Below, one piece after another: positions 9,732 through 16,231 of a stretch of DNA of 36,085 bases. Location of the stretch: contig JAGWJU010000002.1 in assembly GCA_028865585.1 (NCBI GenBank), forward strand, positions 1 to 36,085, given 5' to 3'. Position numbers and translations under genes: made by a program. The notes under the pieces were generated by a model. That model saw only the letters and a program-made list of their open reading frames with translations, was not told the origin of the DNA and did not search any database. The number at the start of each line of letters is the position of its first letter. Within the stretch, counting starts at the first letter, position 1. The stretch comes from Elusimicrobiota bacterium (GTDB taxonomy: Bacteria > Elusimicrobiota > Elusimicrobia > UBA1565 > UBA9628).

Positions 9732-10770
9732 GGCCGAATCCTTGCGCCGCGGCCCGGAAGTCGGATTCCGAATCAATCAGGAAATTGCCGCTGGTTACCA
9801 CGCGGTCGCCGGCTTTAAGGCCCTTCAAAATTTCGACCCAATGATCGGCATGGTTTCCGACCGTGACTTGACGCGGAGCCAAGTAACCGCGGCCCAAATC
9901 CACGAAGACGGTCTGGCGCAAGCCCGTATCGACCACGGCATCCCTCGGGACCGCAAGACGCACGCCCAGGCTGACCTGGATGTCGGCATCCAGATAAACG
10001 CCGGGACGCAGGACGCCGCCGGGATCTTTGATTTCAACGCGCACGCGGGCCGCGCGGGTTGCGGGGTTTAGGACCGGATCGATGGAAACGACCTTTCCCC
10101 GAAAAACCTGACCGGGTAGCGACGGGCTCATCGCCTCCACGATCTGTCCCATCTTGACCAGGGGCAGGTCTTGTTCGAAAACGTCGGCGTAGAGCCAGAG
10201 GGGGGAATTTTTACCGCGGGACAGCAGCAGGCCCGCATCTGGCTTGTCCGCACGGCCAAGCGCCGCGATCTGCAATGCGGAGAGCCCCAAGAGCTTCAAG
10301 CGCAGACGACTTGACGCCAAAAGAGCCTGTGCCCTGTGCCGGGACTCGGCGAATCGGCTTTTTTGCGCGGCGCGCGCAGATGCCAAGGCCGCGAGATAGT
10401 CCTCTTCGGCTTGATAGAGCTCCGGATCGTAGGCGATCCAGCCGACGGTTCTGATGTTTCTTACCAGAGGCCGCATTTGAGCCGTGCCGAGCCGCAGGCC
10501 AATTTCTTGCCGGCGGTAGGGGCTGACCTCGAAGGCGTCTTTTTCTGGAGCGGCGTCTTGATCCGCGTAGACCGGCACATAGTCCATTCCCATGGAGTCT
10601 TTCGCGGGCACGGGCGAGGTCATGTTCGGATTCATTGCACTCCGGTAATAGAGGATTTTTTTGGCAGAGGCTCCTCCGTCCGAACCGGACTTCGACCCGC
10701 CGCAGCCGGACAAGATTAGGACCGCGGCTAGGGCCGCCAGCACCGCCGGGACCGAAAGTTTTTTGCTCAT
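9724..10770 (-). CDS. cusB: RND periplasmic adaptor (membrane fusion protein), CusB-like lipoprotein
   Basis: Signal plus lipobox 'LILSGC'. Adaptor-like barrel/hairpin sequence. The start forms an ATGA overlap with the upstream outer-membrane factor stop. Confidence 0.85.
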   Translation of the reverse strand: MSKKLSVPAVLAALAAVLILSGCGGSKSGSDGGASAKKILYYRSAMNPNMTSPVPAKDSMGMDYVPVYADQDAAPEKDAFEVSPYRRQEIGLRLGTAQMRPLVRNIRTVGWIAYDPELYQAEEDYLAALASARAAQKSRFAESRHRAQALLASSRLRLKLLGLSALQIAALGRADKPDAGLLLSRGKNSPLWLYADVFEQDLPLVKMGQIVEAMSPSLPGQVFRGKVVSIDPVLNPATRAARVRVEIKDPGGVLRPGVYLDADIQVSLGVRLAVPRDAVVDTGLRQTVFVDLGRGYLAPRQVTVGNHADHWVEILKGLKAGDRVVTSGNFLIDSESDFRAAAQGFGHD

Positions 10771-12077
10771 TGCTTGCCTCCTTGCGCCGTAAGCGGCCCA
10801 CCCGAGACGCGCTCCAGGTCCGCGACGGCGATTTCAAAATCTACGCGATGGCGCTCCTGATCCAGCTCGAACGATAGAAGCGAGCGCTCCGAGTCCAAGA
10901 GGCTCAAAAAGCTGGCCCGGCCGGCTTCGTAGGCGTTTTGGGTCGAATCCAGCGCGGCCTGAGCCTGAGGCAGCACCGTATCCTCATAAAGTTTGAAGAG
11001 CCGCGCCGCCGTGTCGGCTTTCACGGACAAATTCTCGACTTGATACCGGGTTTCGTTGACCATGTCCTGCAGGCCCGATTCCGAGGCCGCCAAATTTTCC
11101 CGGGACTGCCTGAGCGCCGCATTCTCCTTGTTAAGCCATATGGGAAGGTTAAGGCCGAAGCTCAGGGCTTGGGCATCCTGACCGTCATAGGGCAGATTGG
11201 TAGTGCCTCCGCCGATTTCGCTGTACTGATAGCCCAACGTCAAATCCGGGAAATAGTCCCGAATGGCCAAGCGCCGCTCCGCGGCATTTTTGTTCTTGAG
11301 CGCACGCAGGGCCAGGATTTCCGGCCTCATGGCAAGGGCCTGCTCGCTCCAGGCCGTTTCATTCCAGCGGAAGTCCGGATTCTCGGGCCGCTCCAGACGA
11401 CCCAACGGCGCCTCCGGCGAGCGATCCAGAAGAGCATTTAATCGCGCTCGGGCGCTCTTTTGCTTCTCTTCGGCCGTCACTAAGTCGTTTTCAATTTTTG
11501 CGAGTTCCACCTGCGCTCGCAAGGCCTCGGATTCAGGCGCCCGCCCGACCGTATATTTCTCGGTGGCAGAACGGGAGAAGCGATTCATAACGCTTTGCTG
11601 TTCCTCTAGGATGGCGATGGCCTGATCCAGAAAGTAAATCCCGTAGTAGGCGCGCACGGTCCGATCCATAATTTCCAAGGATTTTGCGCGCAACGCTTGG
11701 CGCGAGACTTCTGCGGCCATGGAGGCCGCTTGGCCACGCAGCGCCCGTTTGCCCCAAAACGGGATATTCTGGGTGATGGTGATTTGATCTCCCATCGGGC
11801 CGGCCATGGTCTGCGGCGCCTTACGCATGCCTGTCAGCATATGGGAAACATTCAACGTCGGGTCATCGAAGGCCCGGGCCTCTTCCGGAACGTTTGCCGC
11901 CGCGGCCCACGCATGGCGCGCGGCTTGAATTTCCGGATTGTCTTTCTGGGCCAATTCCAGAACGGAAGCCAAGCTCATATCCCCGGTGGAGATTGCGACG
12001 ACGGAAGACGGCGCGGAAGCGGCCGGCTCCGCGGCACTTAGAACCGAGGCGAACAGCAACGCAAAGCATGCGACCAT
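10767..12077 (-). CDS. cusC: TolC-family outer-membrane efflux factor (CusC-like)
   Basis: ATG at 12077 preceded by GGAGG, giving signal 'MVACFALLFASVLSAAEP'. TTG at 12095 is the alternative start. Two-repeat coiled OMF-type sequence ('...RLNALLDRS...', '...LDSERSLLSFELD'). Confidence 0.85.
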   Translation of the reverse strand: MVACFALLFASVLSAAEPAASAPSSVVAISTGDMSLASVLELAQKDNPEIQAARHAWAAAANVPEEARAFDDPTLNVSHMLTGMRKAPQTMAGPMGDQITITQNIPFWGKRALRGQAASMAAEVSRQALRAKSLEIMDRTVRAYYGIYFLDQAIAILEEQQSVMNRFSRSATEKYTVGRAPESEALRAQVELAKIENDLVTAEEKQKSARARLNALLDRSPEAPLGRLERPENPDFRWNETAWSEQALAMRPEILALRALKNKNAAERRLAIRDYFPDLTLGYQYSEIGGGTTNLPYDGQDAQALSFGLNLPIWLNKENAALRQSRENLAASESGLQDMVNETRYQVENLSVKADTAARLFKLYEDTVLPQAQAALDSTQNAYEAGRASFLSLLDSERSLLSFELDQERHRVDFEIAVADLERVSGGPLTAQGGKQ

Positions 12078-12148
12078 GCGCCCTCCAGCAATCAATCAAC
12101 GCGTCTTATGGAAACGGAACGAATTCAGGCGTGCGTCCAGGACGGCTG

Positions 12149-12505
12149 TTAGGCGAGAGGCGGGGACAGGCAGGAAGGACCGGGCGGGGATGCGGATTCA
12201 AAGCGGGGGGAAGAATAGGCGAGAAGCGTAACTCGGTGCGCCCTAAAAACCCCGACAGAATGATTGGCTACCGCAAGCTGGAAACTCGGTCTTGAAGATT
12301 GACCGATAAAGACGGCGCCTCGCCCCGCATTTAAACAACAAGTTTTGCCGGGGGGAAGAGGATGCTGGGACGCGTTTTTTTGCGGGGCTGCGCCGCAACA
12401 GGGGCGCATGGCGCAACAGCGCGCATTTCCCCGCATTGGGGGGAATCCCGCGCTGAAAAGAGTAACGGCCAAAAAAACGCCTAATGCGCGATGGACTCGC
12501 TTCAT
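12149..12505 (-). CDS. Possible small secreted Cys-rich protein (CC..CC..CC), unknown family
   Basis: Internal ATG at 12505 gives 'MKRVHRALGVFLAVTLFSAGFPP' (signal-like), then 'CCAMRPCCGAAPQKNASQHPLPPGKTCC'. The C-terminal ~60 aa look like low-quality coding and no SD is seen. The upstream part of the 182-aa track ORF overlaps the MerT-like gene. Confidence 0.3.
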   Translation of the reverse strand: MKRVHRALGVFLAVTLFSAGFPPMRGNARCCAMRPCCGAAPQKNASQHPLPPGKTCCLNAGRGAVFIGQSSRPSFQLAVANHSVGVFRAHRVTLLAYSSPRFESASPPGPSCLSPPLA

Positions 12506-12536
12506 CTGATTTATTTCAGGCAACATACCCGCTATG

Positions 12537-12565
12537 TATATAGCAGGTTTAAGCCCGGAATTCAA
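12537..12565 (-). promoter_or_regulatory. Candidate internal sigma70-type promoter for the Cys-rich ORF and cusCBA
   Basis: Minus strand reads TTGAAT-N17-TATATA, located between the MerT-like stop (12583) and the ATG at 12505. Confidence 0.35.
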
Positions 12566-12582
12566 CACGCACGTACGTCCTC

Positions 12583-12975
12583 TCAACCGTATCTGGCCAG
12601 GAGCGGTCCCAGGAGATAAGCGAAGAAAAATCCTACGGCATAAATGGCCGCCGCGCTCCACCACATCGTTTTGTTGAAGCGGCCGGCCGCCTCGCATCCT
12701 TTTCCGCCGGTCACGGCGCAGGCTAGCTTCCCCTGAGGACGGAATAGAAGGGCGCCGTTGAATACAAGGAGAAGCCCCGCGATCCCAAATATCCAGACCT
12801 TGTGTCTGGAGACGGAGACCAGCCAGGGAAAGGCCGAAAGAAGGCTTCCCACCGCGGCCCCGCCCGCGATCACGGAGAGGGTCACGGGCAGGGCGCAGCA
12901 GAGGAGAGTCCCGGCGGAAGTAAAAAGAGACAGGACGGAGAGGACCTTGCTCTCGGACTTTTTATCCTTTTCCAT
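12583..12975 (-). CDS. MerT/MerF-like small membrane protein with vicinal-Cys motif in TM1
   Basis: ATG at 12975 preceded by AAGGGA. 'GTLLCCALPVTLSVIAGG' resembles the MerT/MerF 'CC..P' first helix. A second Cys pair sits in 'CAVTGGKGC' before the last TM. Three predicted TMs. Confidence 0.6.
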   Translation of the reverse strand: MEKDKKSESKVLSVLSLFTSAGTLLCCALPVTLSVIAGGAAVGSLLSAFPWLVSVSRHKVWIFGIAGLLLVFNGALLFRPQGKLACAVTGGKGCEAAGRFNKTMWWSAAAIYAVGFFFAYLLGPLLARYG

Positions 12976-13336
12976 GGTCGTTTCCCTTCGCATTGCCTTG
13001 TCCGACCGCAGAGGCCTTCGGCGCTTGCGTGACCTTTGCTTCTTTAGGGGTGAACCCGTGTTCGCGGACGACGCGGCGGATTTCTTTCAAGGTCACCTCG
13101 TTTCCCGGCGCCAGATCGAGCGTGGCCGTGCCGGCATTCAGGCTCACGACGACCTTGGCCACGCCCTTGATTTTCTCGAGGCCCTTCGTCATGCCGTAGG
13201 CGCATGGCGCGCAGTCCATGCCGTATATTTTCATCACGACCTTGCTCATTTCCGCACGGGCCGACGCTGCCTGCCACGCGGCCAGGGCCAGAAAGAGCCC
13301 GGCCAGGACCGCTGATTTCTTGCTTTTTTTCGCCAT
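12962..13336 (-). CDS. Periplasmic heavy-metal-associated (HMA) protein, MerP/CopZ-like
   Basis: Sec signal 'AVLAGLFLALAAWQAASARA'. Complete ferredoxin-like HMA domain with 'GMDCAPCA'. GGAGGA SD upstream. Confidence 0.85.
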   Translation of the reverse strand: MAKKSKKSAVLAGLFLALAAWQAASARAEMSKVVMKIYGMDCAPCAYGMTKGLEKIKGVAKVVVSLNAGTATLDLAPGNEVTLKEIRRVVREHGFTPKEAKVTQAPKASAVGQGNAKGNDHGKG

Positions 13337-13348
13337 ATTATATCCTCC

Positions 13349-14212
13349 TCAATCGAACCAATAGGTAAAATCGAAGATCGTCCGGTACAGCTCACGGTTC
13401 TGTGTGCCGTTTAACTGCTGATAGACGGGAAAAAGAATCCCGGCCTCCACACCCCAGCTTCCGTAGAGGCCCAAAGCGGACGGGCCGAGCAGGAACTTCG
13501 TCCCGCCGCTGTCGGGATTCAAAACCCCGCCGATCTTGTCTTTCCCGGGGAACTCTCCCAGGCTTTCGATAAAGAGCCGCCAGTCCGGCTTGGGATAATC
13601 TCTCCTAAACATCAGCGGCCGCCAGCCGAAGACGGCGCTTATATAAGGAAGGTCTCCCAGGCGGTCGCCGCCCGAGCTGAAATGGCGCTGCCAGCCTCCG
13701 CCCAGCCACCAGTAGATCGTCCTTGAGGCGTAGCCGGTCACAAGAGCCGCGTTGACCTCCGGACCTACCTGCACGCCTCCTCGAGCCCCTTCGGTCGGAA
13801 GGCCGCCGCTTAAAAAAGCCGTGCTTTCGTAGCGCTCCCCAACAGCCGGCGCGCGGCGCTGGAACCTCCACATCAAAGACCCCTCGACCTCATCGGCAGC
13901 ATCCATCATCGCCCCCACGCGCGTGCGCGGCGGCCGGCGGAGATTTCCCAGCGTGGGAGACAGGGGCCCGCTTACATTCACCTGCAGGTCCGGGGTAACG
14001 CCGTAGCCCACCATATCCCGGAACATCGCGGAACTGCCTTGCGAGTTTGTCAGCGTCATGACGGCGGCATCATTGGTCCAGGAGCCCTCGCCCAAGGTGG
14101 GCGTGGCCAGACCGAAGGCCGGGCCATGGCCGAGGCCGAGCGCCAAGCGGGGACCTGCCAGGCAAGCCGCCGCGGCGGCCAGGAGCCATCCTCTTGGTCC
14201 TATTGCTCTCAT
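13349..14212 (-). CDS. Outer-membrane beta-barrel protein, unknown family
   Basis: Signal peptide 'WLLAAAAACLAGPRLALG'. Alternating Gly/aromatic beta-strand pattern. Aromatic C-terminus 'FDFTYWFD'. GGAGGA SD upstream. Confidence 0.6.
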   Translation of the reverse strand: MRAIGPRGWLLAAAAACLAGPRLALGLGHGPAFGLATPTLGEGSWTNDAAVMTLTNSQGSSAMFRDMVGYGVTPDLQVNVSGPLSPTLGNLRRPPRTRVGAMMDAADEVEGSLMWRFQRRAPAVGERYESTAFLSGGLPTEGARGGVQVGPEVNAALVTGYASRTIYWWLGGGWQRHFSSGGDRLGDLPYISAVFGWRPLMFRRDYPKPDWRLFIESLGEFPGKDKIGGVLNPDSGGTKFLLGPSALGLYGSWGVEAGILFPVYQQLNGTQNRELYRTIFDFTYWFD

Positions 14213-14328
14213 AGGTTATCCTCCTCGTGAAAATCCCGCGGCAGCGGCCGGGCCGGACGCAACGCTCGCGCTCACTGACGCAGGATAATGGCAGCCGGAC
14301 CACAAATAGACCAATCCCAAGGACAATC

Positions 14329-14625
14329 TCAGCCACAGAGTGGCACTCGGCTCGCGTCAAACCGGACGCGCGCAGCGTGCTCTTCAAAGCTCACCTCGGC
14401 TTCTCCGACCCCGTTTATGGCGGCAAGAGTCTTCTTGATCCTGGCGGCGCATTTGACGCAGGACATTCCCTCAACCGGAATGATCGCCGTCTTCATGCTC
14501 GCCTGATTTGCGGGAAGATTGGATTTTCGGCCGCAGGCCGCAAGTCCGCCGAAGAGCACATAGGCGCACAGAAGCGCGGCAGCCGCGCTGCCCTCGAAAA
14601 ACGACCAATCAACCTTGAATTTCAT
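14329..14625 (-). CDS. HMA-domain lipoprotein (C-terminally short HMA)
   Basis: Lipobox 'GGLAAC', then 'IIPVEGMSCVKCAARIKKTLAAINGVGEAEVSFEEHAARVRFD'. The domain stops after beta3 ('ASRVPLCG*'). The start forms an ATGA overlap with the regulator stop. Confidence 0.7.
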   Translation of the reverse strand: MKFKVDWSFFEGSAAAALLCAYVLFGGLAACGRKSNLPANQASMKTAIIPVEGMSCVKCAARIKKTLAAINGVGEAEVSFEEHAARVRFDASRVPLCG

Positions 14626-15041
14626 GTTCCATCGCCTCCTTTGTCATCCAGGGACTTCAGGATAGGGCAGCGATCGGTGGTCCTGCGGGCGCAGCAGTTC
14701 CGCATGAGTCCCAGAAGGGTTCTCCTCATGGCTTGAAGGGCGTTGATTTTTGCCTCCACCTCCCGCAGTTTGGCGGCGGCCTTGAGCTTGACCCGTCCGC
14801 TACGGGCCCTTCGGCTGATCCGGAGCTCCAGGAGGTCTTCGATCTCCTTAAGGGTGAACCCGAGGGCTTGGGCGTTTTTGATGAACCGGATTTTCCGGAT
14901 CGCCTCCTCCGCATAGAGCCGGTAGCCGGAGTCCTTATGATCTTCGGGAATCAGCAGGCCTCGGCGCTCGTAGTAGAGCACCGTTTGGATGTTCACATGC
15001 GCCCGCTTGGCCACCTTGCCGATCGTCAATTCTGCCCCCAT
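14622..15041 (-). CDS. MerR-family metal-sensing regulator with Ser at the MerR-Cys82-equivalent position (CueR-like signature)
   Basis: ATG at 15041 with GGAGGG SD; the track start at 15074 would swallow its own promoter. HTH 'TIGKVAKRAHVNIQTVLYYERRGLL'. Loop 'NCCARRTTDRCPILKSL' (C116, C117, C125). 'ARSGRV' aligns to 'AQCGKT' in the paralogue at 24723. Confidence 0.88.
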   Translation of the reverse strand: MGAELTIGKVAKRAHVNIQTVLYYERRGLLIPEDHKDSGYRLYAEEAIRKIRFIKNAQALGFTLKEIEDLLELRISRRARSGRVKLKAAAKLREVEAKINALQAMRRTLLGLMRNCCARRTTDRCPILKSLDDKGGDGT

Positions 15042-15061
15042 GGCTTTCACCCTCCCCATGC

Positions 15062-15093
15062 AGTATAAACCCAATACTATGGTATGGAGTCAA
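15062..15093 (-). promoter_or_regulatory. MerR-type promoter/operator: TTGACT-N20-TATACT with ATAC-N4-GTAT dyad
   Basis: Minus strand reads TTGACTccATACcataGTATtgggttTATACT. The over-long 20-nt spacer is typical of MerR-family activated promoters. 15 of 20 spacer positions are identical to the promoter at 24673-24704. Confidence 0.6.
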
Positions 15094-15203
15094 GGGGTAT
15101 GTCCATCCCATCGAGCCGCCCTCGATTCAGCCCGTTTGGAACTCGACCTGCTGCTCGGTGGCTGCCTTTCCAACCTTGAAGTTTTAACTCGACGCTGCGC
15201 TTG

Positions 15204-15335
15204 AAAAATTGTACTTTACGCTTAAGCTGCAACAGCTTTAAAGCCTCCGCAGCTCAATGAAGAGAACGCCTGCAACGGCTGCGCGGCGGCCAGGACGCGC
15301 AGGGGGGAAAATAAGACTTTTCCGCATCCGCTACG
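15204..15335. repeat. Copy 1 of a diverged ~130-bp direct repeat (possible structured RNA or regulatory element)
   Basis: Aligns by eye at roughly 75-80% identity to 35950-36080. Shared blocks are AAAAATTGTAYTTTAYGCTTAAG, GCCTCCGYAGCTCAA and AGAACGCCTGYAAC. Contains hairpins AAGCTG-caa-CAGCTT and CGCAGC...GCTGCG. Confidence 0.6.
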
Positions 15336-15576
15336 GATGCTTGAGGCGGGCGATAATCCGTTGGGCGATATCAGGGCGGTTCAATTCATCCGGCCGGCGG
15401 CTCATCATGTGCTTGAGCGCCCGGGAAATCAGGCCCATCTGGCGGGCGAAACGATCGCAGTGGCGGCACATAGCAAAGTGCAGACGAACCATCCAACGCA
15501 CCCGCCGGGGAGCGTTTTGGAACTCTCCCTCGGCCAGCATGCGCGCCACTTCCCGGCAGGAAGGCATGCCCATCAT
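15331..15576 (-). CDS. Small soluble ZAS-type (zf-HC2) anti-sigma factor, RsrA-like
   Basis: ATG at 15576 forms an ATGA overlap with the sigma stop. 81 aa with no TM segment. 'MPSC...(25 aa)...HFAMCRHC' gives C-x25-H-x3-C-x2-C. Confidence 0.75.
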   Translation of the reverse strand: MMGMPSCREVARMLAEGEFQNAPRRVRWMVRLHFAMCRHCDRFARQMGLISRALKHMMSRRPDELNRPDIAQRIIARLKHP

Positions 15577-16163
15577 GACCGTTTTTCCCAATTCCTCTCC
15601 AGGCACTCACGGAGCTTGAGCCGCGCCCGATACATCAGCACCCGTAAATTAGTGTAGGAAACGCCCAAGACGTTACAAATTGCCTCCGCTGATTCGCCTT
15701 CAGCCTCTTTAAGAAAGAACGCGGCGCGCTGGCTTGCGGAAAGGCCCTCCGCGCACTGCTCGATTAGCGTTTGGATTTCAGCGTTGAGCGCCGAATCCTC
15801 GGGGCCTTTCGGCGGGCTGGCCCACATGCCGCGGGCGTTGAAGCGCTTCTCGAACTCGCCTTCAACGGCGTCCAGGCTCTCCTCGCGCCGCCGCTTCCGG
15901 CGCAAATCCAAAGCCTTATTATAAAGGATGCCGAAAAGGTAGGTCTTGAGCCGGGAGCGGCTCTCGAAGCGATCAATCGCCTCCAGAAAGGCTGAAAAAG
16001 TTTCCTGCGCCAGTTCCTCCGCGTCGGCTTGCGAAAAGCCCATCGCAAGACCGGCCGCCATGAGCGCAGGAGTATGCTCGCGAACGAGCCTTTCCATCGC
16101 GCCGCCCTCGCGCCGGCGGAGCGCCGTGATGTCCGCTTCAGCTTCTGTATTCGAGGGCGCCAT
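15573..16163 (-). CDS. ECF-type RNA polymerase sigma-70 family factor
   Basis: Region 2 'FSAFLEAIDRFESRSRLKTYLFGILYNKALDLRR'. Region 4 'LSASQRAAFFLKEAEGESAEAICNVLGVSYTNLRVLMYRARLKLRE'. Start is ATG at 16163 or ATG at 16175. Confidence 0.9.
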   Translation of the reverse strand: MAPSNTEAEADITALRRREGGAMERLVREHTPALMAAGLAMGFSQADAEELAQETFSAFLEAIDRFESRSRLKTYLFGILYNKALDLRRKRRREESLDAVEGEFEKRFNARGMWASPPKGPEDSALNAEIQTLIEQCAEGLSASQRAAFFLKEAEGESAEAICNVLGVSYTNLRVLMYRARLKLRECLERNWEKRS

Positions 16164-16167
16164 AAGG

Positions 16168-16194
16168 TGTAACATTCTAACAGTTTGCCCTACT
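16168..16194 (+). promoter_or_regulatory. ECF-type promoter motif, copy C (TGTAAC-N16-CTACT), upstream of the porin-led operon
   Basis: TGTAACattctaacagtttgccCTACTtatt. Same architecture as the copies at 27749, 28771 and 35868 (minus strand). Confidence 0.55.
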
Positions 16195-16231
16195 TATTTC
16201 CGATGGGGGGAATGAAACGGGAGGCTCGCCG

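Noticed and set aside
12506-12697. The full 182-aa version of ORF 12149-12697.
   Set aside because: Its first 64 codons overlap the MerT-like gene and the putative promoter. Only the part from ATG 12505 has signal-peptide-like character, and even that is low confidence.
14070-14387. The 105-aa ORF that might carry the missing C-terminal part of the HMA lipoprotein through a frameshift.
   Set aside because: Only a vague resemblance over ~15 aa. The rest is Arg/Cys-rich and runs into the OM-barrel gene start. It is noted as a possibility in the findings but not called as a feature.
15268-15297. TGCAAC-N16-GGAC on the plus strand inside repeat copy 1, which resembles the ECF motif.
   Set aside because: It would fire antisense into the anti-sigma gene. 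The -35 differs (TGCAAC) and the equivalent position in copy 2 lacks the -10-like element, so it is probably coincidental.
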